A DNA stretch of 25,111 bases from a virus (IMGVR_UViG_3300047561_000030:1-25111), one strand, 5' to 3'; positions 1 through 9,235 are shown, counted from the stretch's first letter. Numbers and translations: made by a program. Notes: a model not told the origin generated them from the letters alone.

Positions 1-213
1 GGTATATGTAACTCCATATACAAAAGCTGCTGCACTTGTTAATAAACCACCAGCGCCACCGCCACCGCCGCCATTGGTTTCATTACCATTGGCATCAGTA
101 CCGCCACCACCGCCACCGCCAGCAACAACTAAATAATTAGCTGTTAATGCGCCACCTTTGCCAAATCCATAGGCATAGGCAGACTCATTTCCAATAGTAG
201 AAATTAATGGCAT
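1..213 (-). CDS. Glycine-rich adhesin/fibre-tip protein, 5' part only (runs off the left edge)
   Basis: Not in the ORF track. Manual translation from ATG at 213: MPLISTIGNESAYAYGFGKGGALTANYLVVAGGGGGGGTDANGNETNGGGGGGAGGLLTSAAAFVYGVTYT, open to position 1. Starts 3 nt after the stop of the tail fibre gene. Confidence 0.85.
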   Translation of the reverse strand, partial: MPLISTIGNESAYAYGFGKGGALTANYLVVAGGGGGGGTDANGNETNGGGGGGAGGLLTSAAAFVYGVTYT

Positions 214-216
214 GAT

Positions 217-918
217 TTAAGAAAACTTAGTTTGAGATACAAAAGAAACAAATGTAGATGCAGCAGTTTTTACAATAGCAATAGTGTACATATCTACTGA
301 ATTAGCATTACCAGATGCGATTGCATAGCCACCTTGGTATTTTGGGGTAACAGTTGTTCCATCAATTTGAATGACATTAGGATAATAAGGTGTAGTACCG
401 TTAGTAACCATTAACACCATAGTTGCTGTTTGACCTGTGGTCATTGTGTCATTTAATGTTGTAGTGGAATTTCCACGAATATTGACAGTAAAGTTAGTTG
501 TAGCATTAGATGTGTAATAACGAACAGCTTGAGTTTTAAAGTCATAATTTGTAGTAGCTGAAGGGGCAGTAGCAGTTACGGTAGCGCCTTCTAAAATGCT
601 GCTAATAGAACCACCTGTAATAGCTACAGCATTAGCATTTTGGGTAGCCATAGTACCCAAATTACCTACATAAGTATCTACATAGTTTTTAGTGGCTACA
701 TCTTGTGGATTGGTAGGGTCAGCAGCATTAATAATACGGTTTGTACCCATATTAAGGTTGCCAGATGCAGTTGTTTGACCATCAGAAGCCAAAGAACCTG
801 TCAAAGCGTTAGCAATATCAGCAAGGGTTGTATTGCCCCATGTTGAAGTAATGGTTGTGCCTGTTACTACTGGATTACCAGCAGGTAAGGAATATGTACC
901 GCTACCGTTTCTACTCAT
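217..918 (-). CDS. Short tail fibre protein (233 aa)
   Basis: N-terminus MSRNGSGTYSLPAGNPVVTGTTI... resembles podovirus fibre attachment domains; ADPTNPQDVATKNYVD is a typical fibre motif; Thr-rich; follows the ejection genes with ATGA overlap. Confidence 0.8.
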   Translation of the reverse strand: MSRNGSGTYSLPAGNPVVTGTTITSTWGNTTLADIANALTGSLASDGQTTASGNLNMGTNRIINAADPTNPQDVATKNYVDTYVGNLGTMATQNANAVAITGGSISSILEGATVTATAPSATTNYDFKTQAVRYYTSNATTNFTVNIRGNSTTTLNDTMTTGQTATMVLMVTNGTTPYYPNVIQIDGTTVTPKYQGGYAIASGNANSVDMYTIAIVKTAASTFVSFVSQTKFS

Positions 919-2771
919 TTTGTTTTCCTCAATGCGTCTGCCATACCTTCAGGCTTGTAATTAATAGATTCTTCAATTTGCTTTTTAAGCGCTGACTCTG
1001 CGCCTTTTTCTGCCGCAAAACCAGCGGCATTACTTACACCAGGTATTTTTAACTTAGCAATTCTATCTAATCCACTAATAATTGCACTAGAGCTATTAGA
1101 GTAGTTAGGTGCATCTTTTAATGGAGAATTAACAGTAATTGTATATTCCAAAAGGTCACGAATTTCTTGTGCGCCTTGTTTGCCAAAAATATAATCTAAT
1201 TTGCCATCTTGGTCTAATTGAGTTACTACAGACTTAAATTTAAATGGTGAAACTACAGGATTACCAAATGTATCTATATTTGTAGTTTTAGAAACTTGGT
1301 CTTTCATGTATTGAATAGTTTGACCTTGCAATTCTTTAAATGCTTGTTGACCTTCTGGGCCTGCTTTTTTCAAAGTCATGCCAATAGCACGAACATCATC
1401 TAAAGAGCCATTTAAAATGCTATGGTCAAATACATCCTCAAATGCTACTGCTCTGTCTGTAGTGCCTGGTTTTGTGCGCAGTAATTTATCCACATAACCA
1501 ACATTTTCAAATTCACGACCATATTTTGTACGCAACTTGCGTGCCTCTTGGTACAATTCACCGCCTTGACCTTCAGTCATTGTGTTGATTAAATCTTTCA
1601 TTTCTTTAGCATAAGTGCCGGCAGGAGTGCCAGGCTCGTAGTTTTTATTAATAAACTTATAAACATCTTCTAAAGAATTAATAGAAATTTGCCCTGTTTT
1701 ATTAGGGTCGTTTTTAATAATTTCTTCATCTACAGCGCTAAGAATTGGAGCTAATTTACGCTTAACAGTAGGCGTTTGATTATCAATATAGGCTTTTAAT
1801 GGTGAATAAGAAACGGGTTGTTCCATAGCGCCAGCAAATCTTGCTAATTTATAAGCATTTTCAATATCTTTTTTAGCATTATTTGCAGCACCTACCAATG
1901 CTTTATCTACTACTCGACCTGTTTCACGCAAACCAAATGTTTCTTTTCCTGTCGCATCTACATAAGCATCAAAGTTTTGCAAAATAATGTCATTGCGTTT
2001 TGCTTGTTCTTGAATTAAAGGTTTTCCTAACTCAGGAAAATTCTTAGGAGTTTCAATTTCAAATTTTTGTTGGCCTAAATCACGCAATGCTTGACCTTTA
2101 CTAACAGTTCCAGGCACTCTCAATTGACTTGCTAATTCAATTCTTGATATTGCTTCAGGCACTTCAGCAGCACCTACACCAGACATTGTTGGCGTTTCTT
2201 TGCGTAATGCTTGTGCCATTGTGCTGACTGCTGGTTTAGCCGATTGAACAGCTTGGCTAATTCCAGGTCTAACCATTGATGCAGCTTGTTGCATAGACGG
2301 AATCATACCAATATTGCCAGTATAAGGCGGTAATTTAGCTGCTTCTAATGCGCCACCAATAGACTCTAAAGCGCCTATAGAGGCTGGTGAAGTTGGTTGA
2401 AATTGTCCTACTTGTCTTGCTTGTCTGTAAAAAACATCTCTAGATTCGCCTGTAGGCATTTTGCCTTGAGATATATCTTCTACAGCACCTCTACCAAGTC
2501 CATAAATCATTGACGCAGGCTGTGAAATCATTTCACGGCCAATAGTTGCCGGCACTTCATATAATGCTTTTAACTTGTCCATCATTGAAGTTTTAGGTTC
2601 TTCAATAGGCACTTGTTTAGGCATTTGACTAGCCACCAATGGCACATCAGATGTTATTGGAGTTGAAGTGGGCGCAGAAACAGAACCAGCTAATTTAGCT
2701 TGTAATTGTGCCTTTGTTACCCCTTCAGGTACATCTTTAACAAGAGTGCCATCTGGCATTAAAACATCCAT
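915..2771 (-). CDS. Putative ejection/DNA-transfer internal virion protein (618 aa)
   Basis: Last and largest of three Ala/Gln-rich ORFs after the GNAT gene, in the P22 gp16 position; N-terminal V-x-MPDG-x4-VPEG-x-T-x2-Q motif is common in such proteins. Confidence 0.6.
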   Translation of the reverse strand: MDVLMPDGTLVKDVPEGVTKAQLQAKLAGSVSAPTSTPITSDVPLVASQMPKQVPIEEPKTSMMDKLKALYEVPATIGREMISQPASMIYGLGRGAVEDISQGKMPTGESRDVFYRQARQVGQFQPTSPASIGALESIGGALEAAKLPPYTGNIGMIPSMQQAASMVRPGISQAVQSAKPAVSTMAQALRKETPTMSGVGAAEVPEAISRIELASQLRVPGTVSKGQALRDLGQQKFEIETPKNFPELGKPLIQEQAKRNDIILQNFDAYVDATGKETFGLRETGRVVDKALVGAANNAKKDIENAYKLARFAGAMEQPVSYSPLKAYIDNQTPTVKRKLAPILSAVDEEIIKNDPNKTGQISINSLEDVYKFINKNYEPGTPAGTYAKEMKDLINTMTEGQGGELYQEARKLRTKYGREFENVGYVDKLLRTKPGTTDRAVAFEDVFDHSILNGSLDDVRAIGMTLKKAGPEGQQAFKELQGQTIQYMKDQVSKTTNIDTFGNPVVSPFKFKSVVTQLDQDGKLDYIFGKQGAQEIRDLLEYTITVNSPLKDAPNYSNSSSAIISGLDRIAKLKIPGVSNAAGFAAEKGAESALKKQIEESINYKPEGMADALRKTK

Positions 2772-2780
2772 GTCTTGTCC

Positions 2781-3992
2781 TTATGGCAAATCGTTAAAGT
2801 TAACAACTTTTTTAGGTGCGCCCATTTGTTCAATTTGACGCTTGCCAGGCCCTGCTTGAATTTCCATAGCTTTAATGGCTGTTTCTCTAGCATGACTCTT
2901 TTGCTTAATAACTTGGTCAGAGTCACCAGGTTGAGGAAAGTATTTTTGAGCTTCTGTATAAAATTCAGTAGGCGAAATAGCAGCGCCAGATTCTTTACGC
3001 AATACAGCAGTAATAAAGTTTTTACGGGCTGCATCAACTTGTTGCTGTTCTGGGCTTGGGCCACCTAATGCACCTGGCAACACATTCATTCCTGATTGGA
3101 CACCTTGTTGCAATTTATCACCAATAAAGGGTGTCATTCCCACAATTCCACCAACAGTTGACCTAACAATTCCAGTATTAGTTACGCCTTTTTTCTCTAA
3201 ATCATTAATTAATGCGTTAGATTCTTTCATGCGAATACCAAACGCAGTTGCATTGCCTTGGGATTCAGTTAAAGGCTTTCCACCAGCAATAGGTTGATTG
3301 CCTGCCATGATTGGTTGCGCTTGACCTGTGCGAAGATTTACCAACATAGGGCCATTTTCAGTTTCAACTAATTGAGGCTTGTTTTGATTTGCAGCTTCTA
3401 AACCTAAACGCTGTTTATCAATAGCAATTCTTGCTTTATCAGCTTCAGTCATTTGGTTCATAAAGTCATTAAATGTGCCTTTATAACCACCTTGTTTAGC
3501 CAAATCGTATTTAATTTGTTCTGCAATAGGTTTAGGATTAGCTTGTTCAATAAGGCTTGGCACTAATCTTTGTGCTTGTGGGCTTTGACCCATTAATGCT
3601 TGTGCTAGTGCAGCATTTGCATCTCCAGCTTTGGCAGGCATAATAGCAGTAGGGGCAACACCCTGATAAGCAGGGCCAGCCAACTCTGTGGAAACTTCAG
3701 GAGTGCCTCTTAATGTGCTTAAAATTCCTTGAGTTTCTGTAGCACCTTGTTCACGCAATGCTTTTGCTAGTGCAGCTTCTTTGGTATCAAGTTTTTCATT
3801 AACTTTTGTGCCAGTATAAGTGCTAAAAAGTTTAGCTAAATATTCCATTGGGTTTGGTGGTACATAAACGCCACCGGCAACAGTTTGTGCTTGTGGGGTT
3901 TGTAAACCTTGAGAAGTTAGTAAATCAGCGTATTTGCGTTGACGATTTAACTCCAATATTTCTGGATTTTGTGGGTTGAACATTTCAGCCAT
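2781..3992 (-). CDS. Putative ejection/DNA-transfer protein (403 aa)
   Basis: Ala/Gln/Gly-rich, no Cys; C-terminal FITAVLRKESGAAI...YFPQPGDS motif as seen in phage injection proteins; P22 gp20-like position; AGGA upstream. Confidence 0.6.
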   Translation of the reverse strand: MAEMFNPQNPEILELNRQRKYADLLTSQGLQTPQAQTVAGGVYVPPNPMEYLAKLFSTYTGTKVNEKLDTKEAALAKALREQGATETQGILSTLRGTPEVSTELAGPAYQGVAPTAIMPAKAGDANAALAQALMGQSPQAQRLVPSLIEQANPKPIAEQIKYDLAKQGGYKGTFNDFMNQMTEADKARIAIDKQRLGLEAANQNKPQLVETENGPMLVNLRTGQAQPIMAGNQPIAGGKPLTESQGNATAFGIRMKESNALINDLEKKGVTNTGIVRSTVGGIVGMTPFIGDKLQQGVQSGMNVLPGALGGPSPEQQQVDAARKNFITAVLRKESGAAISPTEFYTEAQKYFPQPGDSDQVIKQKSHARETAIKAMEIQAGPGKRQIEQMGAPKKVVNFNDLP

Positions 3993-4001
3993 AATTATTC
4001 C

Positions 4002-5042
4002 TTAACTAAATGTGCCTTTAGGTGCGCCCAATGCAGCGCCACCTAAATTAAACAAACCACTTGTAAATGAGTTGTTGTAAGCGTTTTGGGCATTAGCATT
4101 AGCCAAATTGCCTTGGTAACTTTGTTGTTGTGCGCCAAGATAGTTAGTAGGCCCAACTGTTGCATAAGAAGCAAATGAAGGTGAAGCCAAACCTTTAAGG
4201 GCAGAAGCCTGTTGGTAAGGAAGCATGGATTCAGCTAAAGATTGATTAAATCCTTGGTTTTGGGCTTGCATACCAAGACCTTGATTAGCTAACTGTTGCT
4301 GATAAGCAAGGTTATTAGCGTTCATAGCTTGTTGATTGTTGTACTGATTTGCGCCTAACTGAGTATTGGCAACATTAAAGTTTTGACCAAACTGTTGTTG
4401 ATTAGCAGCTAAACCAGTATTCATGCCGCCAACAATAGCGCTAGTTAATGCGTCATTTTGAGTTTGACCTTGCAATAATTTAGCAGTTTCATAGGCTTTT
4501 GAACCAGGCATAACACCTTGGTTAGCTAATTGTGCGTCTAATGCTTGTGTTTGACGCTGTAAAGAAGGTTGTAAGCGTTGCATAATGGCATCGCTATATG
4601 TTTGTCCTGGGTCAATGCCATAAGAAGGCAAAGAATTAGCACCTAAACGACTTGTATCTAATTGATAGTTTTGTAAAGTGCTAGGGTCAAATTGTTGTTG
4701 ATTTAATCTTGAACCATAGTAATTCATTGAGGCCATGTCTTGACCTTGAAACTGTGGTTTTTGAAATGCTTGACCTAGTTGACCTAAATTGCTATCAATA
4801 GCAGATTGAAGTTGTGGGTTTAAAGTCTGTGATTGTGTAAAGGTAGGGTTTCCATACTGGTCTTGCCCAGTTTGGTTGTAATTTAAAGACCCATACGCAT
4901 TACTTTGATTTAAACGGTTAGCCGCCAAATCAGACGCAGAAGTTTGTTGCGCTGCACCAGAATAATTTGGTATAGCCACTTTTTGTGGTTCACCAAAAAT
5001 CGGTTTCATTATGCTACCTACAATTCCTCCACCGCCACCCAT
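4002..5042 (-). CDS. Putative pilot/ejection protein (346 aa, P22 gp7-like position)
   Basis: Gln/Asn/Ala/Gly-rich, starts MGGGGG, ends with amphipathic GLFNLGGAALG; strong AGGAG RBS; directly follows the GNAT gene. Confidence 0.6.
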   Translation of the reverse strand: MGGGGGIVGSIMKPIFGEPQKVAIPNYSGAAQQTSASDLAANRLNQSNAYGSLNYNQTGQDQYGNPTFTQSQTLNPQLQSAIDSNLGQLGQAFQKPQFQGQDMASMNYYGSRLNQQQFDPSTLQNYQLDTSRLGANSLPSYGIDPGQTYSDAIMQRLQPSLQRQTQALDAQLANQGVMPGSKAYETAKLLQGQTQNDALTSAIVGGMNTGLAANQQQFGQNFNVANTQLGANQYNNQQAMNANNLAYQQQLANQGLGMQAQNQGFNQSLAESMLPYQQASALKGLASPSFASYATVGPTNYLGAQQQSYQGNLANANAQNAYNNSFTSGLFNLGGAALGAPKGTFS

Positions 5043-5043
5043 A

Positions 5044-5475
5044 TCAATCTCCTTTTAGAGGTGTATTAATGTCAAGCCATTGACAATTTTCACGCCTCAT
5101 TGCTAATATAACTAAGTCCCCATCAATATGGGCATCTTCGATATACGCTTTATCTACGAAACCAAGGTGTCGGTCTAACTTCAATGCTTCCTTATTAGTG
5201 GAAGCAACTGTTGCTAGTATAACCTTTACTTTCAATATGTTAAAGGGGTAATCAAAACACGCCCACAACAAATCCCTGCTAATCCAATTTTGTACTATGG
5301 CGGCTGTGTGCATTTCACAAGACTTATCTAAAATATTGTCAAATGCCACAACTGCCTTTACTTCACCATCTATTTCCTGCCCTATAAAGGTGGCATAAGG
5401 GCTAAATTGCATTCCCAATACCCCTGTAATCCATCCTCTAAGATGTTCTTGATTATCAGTAACAACTTTCCTCAA
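5044..5475 (-). CDS. GNAT-fold virion assembly protein (P22 gp14/T7 gp13 position)
   Basis: Acetyl-CoA-binding-like motif V-x2-TNKEALKLDRHLGF typical of RimJ/RimL-like GNATs; lies between tail hub and ejection genes. Confidence 0.75.
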   Translation of the reverse strand: MRKVVTDNQEHLRGWITGVLGMQFSPYATFIGQEIDGEVKAVVAFDNILDKSCEMHTAAIVQNWISRDLLWACFDYPFNILKVKVILATVASTNKEALKLDRHLGFVDKAYIEDAHIDGDLVILAMRRENCQWLDINTPLKGD

Positions 5476-7238
5476 AGAACCCCACCTCGTTCCATTACAT
5501 AATCGCTAGAAACCCAATGTACATCAATACCTTGGGAGGCTACTTTCATAATAATTCCACCTGAATAGCCTATTCCTGTAACGCCTTGCCATAGTTTATT
5601 AAGGGACAAAGTACCACCCCAAATATCCTCATCCCATGTGGCAGAATCCCATACTCCAAGAGTAGAGCTAACAGCGTTAAAACTAACTGCCCCAAGGCTA
5701 TTTTGGGCATCAAAATCAGTATTAATGCCTACTAAAATACCTGGAAAACCATTGTCAGTTTGGAATATTGGGCGAATCATAGTAAAGCGTTTTTGCTGAC
5801 CAGGTGCGTCAAAATAACTATAAGCCTGTTGCACCACAGCATTAATGTTATTTCCATCATCACTATACGCATCCCAAAAGCTGCCTACAAAACCATTGCC
5901 GCCAAAATACATCTTGTCGTAGCTTAATTCCCAACATTTAGCATTGATATTAGAAAAACTACACCAAGCCTTAGAAATGGTGTGCATACAAAACTGCTTT
6001 ACCCCTTCTCCAGAAGGAATATTAATCATCAACATATTTTCACTAGCAAAATAGTTAATTTGCCAGCCAAAATTATTTGAATACAATGACGCTTCTTGGC
6101 TAATTGCGTAATAAATCTTATCAGTAAGGTTAACCCTAGGGTCTAATCGACTAGATTGCAAAGCGGCAGCCAATGGGACTAATCCGTCTTGGGTCAGCAA
6201 CAAAATGTCGCCAGCCCACTTTAAAAAGCATCTGCGATTAAAGGTTTGACCTAATTGCCATACACCTTTTAATGCCCATGTGTCAGCAGAGTCAGGGTTT
6301 GTACCGTTATATACAATGGTTTCGCCATTATTGGTAATCCATACAGCGTAATCGTCTGCGCCTTGTCCTGCATCAATAGTCCATGTACCCATTGCTTGAA
6401 TGTAACCACCCATTCTAGCTATTCCACCAAAATCTAGTTTTGTTGCAACGCCAGATACTTGTCCTACTGGTAAATACCATACTTCCATGCTGTTTTCTTG
6501 GACAAAGAAAAGGAAGTTTTTAAAGAGGTTTACATGGACAAAAGTGTTTGAATTTACGCCTGTAATAGCGTAATTAATAGTATATGTACCTACTGTTGTA
6601 GCATCAGTAGCAGGTGCGGAAGCCATTGTATAAGTAAATGTACTAGCACCCGTTCTAGTAATAATATATGTGCCGTTATATTGCGTTGGACTTGCACCAG
6701 CTACAACAATTTGATTGCCGGTTATTAACCCATGAGGCGCAGCAGTAGTAACAGTAGCAGTTAAATTGCCTGTACCACCTCTTGTAATAGTGCTAATTGT
6801 TTGGGCAGTTGAGGTAGAAGCATAACTAATCCAATTAGTACCGTTATATATCAATGCAGCGTCATCACCGTTAACTGCCACCATAAAATGGCCGCCAGCC
6901 GTACCTACATTAATATGCTGTAATTTGTCATTAGTAATGGTTTTAACGGCTACCGCAGTAGATGAAGAGGCGTCATAAATGCTAGTGCCAGCCGCAGCAA
7001 ATAACTTTTGGCTAGTTACCCCAGCGTAATTCATCAAGCTATTTACTTGACCCGTAATACCGGTAGAAAACTTGGTATAACCTAATCTTAGTTGAACATC
7101 AGTAGGAGTAGGCCAAAAGTTGTTTAATGTTACCGCATCTAATGGCGGCATATTAGCAATAGAATCTCTAGCGTTCCAACCACCAATAGGGGATGCAACA
7201 CTAGCTGTTGTGGCAGTTCTTCTTTGGGGTGCAGTCAT
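5472..7238 (-). CDS. Tail hub / DNA-stabilisation protein (P22 gp10 or tail tubular B-like), 588 aa
   Basis: Beta-rich, aromatic-rich; N-terminal PIGGWNARD motif; C-terminal WD-x3-WD-x3-W; follows the adaptor gene with TAATG overlap. Confidence 0.75.
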   Translation of the reverse strand: MTAPQRRTATTASVASPIGGWNARDSIANMPPLDAVTLNNFWPTPTDVQLRLGYTKFSTGITGQVNSLMNYAGVTSQKLFAAAGTSIYDASSSTAVAVKTITNDKLQHINVGTAGGHFMVAVNGDDAALIYNGTNWISYASTSTAQTISTITRGGTGNLTATVTTAAPHGLITGNQIVVAGASPTQYNGTYIITRTGASTFTYTMASAPATDATTVGTYTINYAITGVNSNTFVHVNLFKNFLFFVQENSMEVWYLPVGQVSGVATKLDFGGIARMGGYIQAMGTWTIDAGQGADDYAVWITNNGETIVYNGTNPDSADTWALKGVWQLGQTFNRRCFLKWAGDILLLTQDGLVPLAAALQSSRLDPRVNLTDKIYYAISQEASLYSNNFGWQINYFASENMLMINIPSGEGVKQFCMHTISKAWCSFSNINAKCWELSYDKMYFGGNGFVGSFWDAYSDDGNNINAVVQQAYSYFDAPGQQKRFTMIRPIFQTDNGFPGILVGINTDFDAQNSLGAVSFNAVSSTLGVWDSATWDEDIWGGTLSLNKLWQGVTGIGYSGGIIMKVASQGIDVHWVSSDYVMERGGVL

Positions 7239-8149
7239 TATGAACCATATCCAGTATCAGGAATATTAGCGTAACCAATAAGAACCCTTGATGCTTGTGG
7301 AGAAAATGATAGGTTTGGCGCACCTTTGTCATTTGCTTTAGCCACAGATAGATAACGCTGATAATCTTGTGATAATGCAGTTGTGTCAAAGTTTTTAACT
7401 TCAAAATACTTTAACTTTGTGCCTAAAACAACAATACGGTCATCATAAACAGTTGTATCTGAGTCATTTGTAAAACTGTTTTTAATAACATTAGCTGCGC
7501 TTCTTGCCCAACCTTTTGACCTATATTCCCACCCTAAATACTCTTGGGTATTCATAATAGGCCAAATGCAGAATTGATTATCTAGTATTCTCCAGCGTAC
7601 TCTTGGGCCTGTTGAAATATAACCAGATTTTAACCATTGCCATTGCTGTGCATCTTCTGGCCCTAACATTTCCCAATGCTTGGATTTGTCCCAATGGGTT
7701 CTGTTTGTCATTGTTTCAAAATCAGGCGGCAAGTCATAAGCTGTTTGAGCGCATACAACCGACTGGGTTCCAGTACCAGTTGCATATTGACTCATTACAA
7801 CTTCTTTTGTAGTGTTATTAGCGCTTACAACATAAGTATCTTGAGGAATGTTATAGCCTGATAACTGCCATTGGCTTGTAACATTGCTTAAATCTGTGCC
7901 AGACGCAAAAGTTAATACGGCAGAACCGTTAACAGTTGTGGCATTGGCGGTTAAAGATTGAGTATAAAAACGATATTGCACTTGTAATGCTTGCCAATCG
8001 TACTCTTTTAGCAAGTCATAGCCAGTACCATTCATTAATGCCAATATTTGCTGGACATCTTGAGATGGATTGCCAGCAACATAGGAAGGCACAGCAAGGT
8101 TTAATTCTGCGGTGACTTGTTGTACAAGTTGCAACATCGTTTGGGACAT
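7238..8149 (-). CDS. Head-to-tail adaptor (P22 gp4 / tail tubular A-like), 303 aa
   Basis: N-terminal helices (TMLQLVQQVTAEL...YDWQAL), YDLPPDF motif, gene order after the capsid genes. Confidence 0.7.
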   Translation of the reverse strand: MSQTMLQLVQQVTAELNLAVPSYVAGNPSQDVQQILALMNGTGYDLLKEYDWQALQVQYRFYTQSLTANATTVNGSAVLTFASGTDLSNVTSQWQLSGYNIPQDTYVVSANNTTKEVVMSQYATGTGTQSVVCAQTAYDLPPDFETMTNRTHWDKSKHWEMLGPEDAQQWQWLKSGYISTGPRVRWRILDNQFCIWPIMNTQEYLGWEYRSKGWARSAANVIKNSFTNDSDTTVYDDRIVVLGTKLKYFEVKNFDTTALSQDYQRYLSVAKANDKGAPNLSFSPQASRVLIGYANIPDTGYGS

Positions 8150-8150
8150 A

Positions 8151-8774
8151 TTAAGCCTCGGCTACTTTAGTTTTGCGTGTTTTCGGTTTATTTTCCGCAA
8201 CAGCAGCAAGTAGCGCTTCCATTTGGTCTTGCATTTTGGATAGCTTCGCCTCTGTTTCTGCTGTAATTTTAGCATTTTCTTCACGCAATGCTTGCAATTC
8301 TGCTTCTCTTTGCGCTACATCAGCAGAATCATTAGCCAAATTCAAGAAAGCCTTAGCTTTTAGACGAAAATTATGGGGTGACATACCAGCTACCATACCA
8401 ATACGCTGTAATTGTTGGTCAGAACAGTCAGCAATAGCTTCTACTGTGTAAAACTTAAGACCACGCAATTCTTCAGCCTGACTGCGAGTAACTTGAGGCC
8501 ATTGGTCTAAAGGTGTACCAACAACATCTTCATGTCCTGCTGTTTGGTTTTGGTAATGTGCCCATTGGCGTGGAAAACGCTGTTTATGAGATTCTTGTGC
8601 GTAAGTGTCGATTTCTGTCAAATTATCACCAGGAATCATAATTCTTACAAAATCAAATTCTTTAAAAATTGGTCTACCTGCCTCGTTTGAAGCATCTTCT
8701 TGCTTCATACTTTTCTTATAGAATTGGACTGCTAATCGTGAATCTGCGCCTTGAATATCGCTTTCTATTGCCAT
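8151..8774 (-). CDS. Hypothetical head-module protein with HhH-like segment and C-terminal coiled coil (207 aa)
   Basis: Full ORF with AGGAG RBS; segment AEELRGLKFYTVEAIADCSDQQLQRIG resembles helix-hairpin-helix domains. Confidence 0.7.
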   Translation of the reverse strand: MAIESDIQGADSRLAVQFYKKSMKQEDASNEAGRPIFKEFDFVRIMIPGDNLTEIDTYAQESHKQRFPRQWAHYQNQTAGHEDVVGTPLDQWPQVTRSQAEELRGLKFYTVEAIADCSDQQLQRIGMVAGMSPHNFRLKAKAFLNLANDSADVAQREAELQALREENAKITAETEAKLSKMQDQMEALLAAVAENKPKTRKTKVAEA

Positions 8775-8804
8775 TTTTACTTCTCCTAAGTGGTTAGGGT
8801 TATT

Positions 8805-8842
8805 AAAAAAAAGAAAAAGGGCTACCCTTTTGAGATAGCCCT
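8805..8842 (-). terminator. Rho-independent terminator after the capsid/decoration genes
   Basis: Minus strand AGGGCTATCT-CAAAA-GGGTAGCCCT (10-bp stem including two G-U pairs) followed by TTTTCTTTTTTTT. Confidence 0.85.
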
Positions 8843-8879
8843 AGTTTTACTACATATTCAATTTAAGAGGGTTAACCTA

Positions 8880-9179
8880 TTAAACGGAAGCTGCTGAGAA
8901 CCAACCATAATCGCCTGAAGCCATTGCGACTGCTGGTGCTAAGTAAGTACCAGCAGAGCCAGTAGCTACAAAGGTTGAAGCGTTAATAGAACAAGTTGCT
9001 GTTGAAGCTGTAATAGCTGCACCTGCTACTGCCCATACATAACGACGGCCATCGGAACCAAACACTTCAGCGCCAGTAGGGCCAAATGTAGGAGCTGTTG
9101 TGCCGTTTAAAGCTAATTCAGCAGCAGTTTGTGTATCGTTAAAATCAATCCCTGATAGGGGGGTAATGGTATATGCCAT
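8880..9179 (-). CDS. Probable capsid decoration/cement protein (99 aa)
   Basis: Small Ala/Thr/Gly-rich beta protein immediately after the major capsid gene; DGRRYVW and GDYGWF motifs; AAGGA RBS. Confidence 0.6.
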   Translation of the reverse strand: MAYTITPLSGIDFNDTQTAAELALNGTTAPTFGPTGAEVFGSDGRRYVWAVAGAAITASTATCSINASTFVATGSAGTYLAPAVAMASGDYGWFSAASV

Positions 9180-9207
9180 GATTATTTCCTTTATTAATTA
9201 AGTGAAC

Positions 9208-9231
9208 AAAATAAATAGGGGTTTCCCCCTA
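9208..9231 (-). terminator. Intrinsic terminator directly after the major capsid gene
   Basis: Minus strand TAGGGG-GAAA-CCCCTA (GNRA tetraloop) followed by TTTATTTT, a few nt after the capsid stop codon. Confidence 0.75.
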
Positions 9232-9235
9232 AATA

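Noticed and set aside
8842-8853. TGTAGTAAAACT resembling TGTTGTAGAATT upstream of terS as a shared late-promoter motif
   Set aside because: Only 9/12 identity in AT-rich DNA with two instances; not distinguishable from chance.
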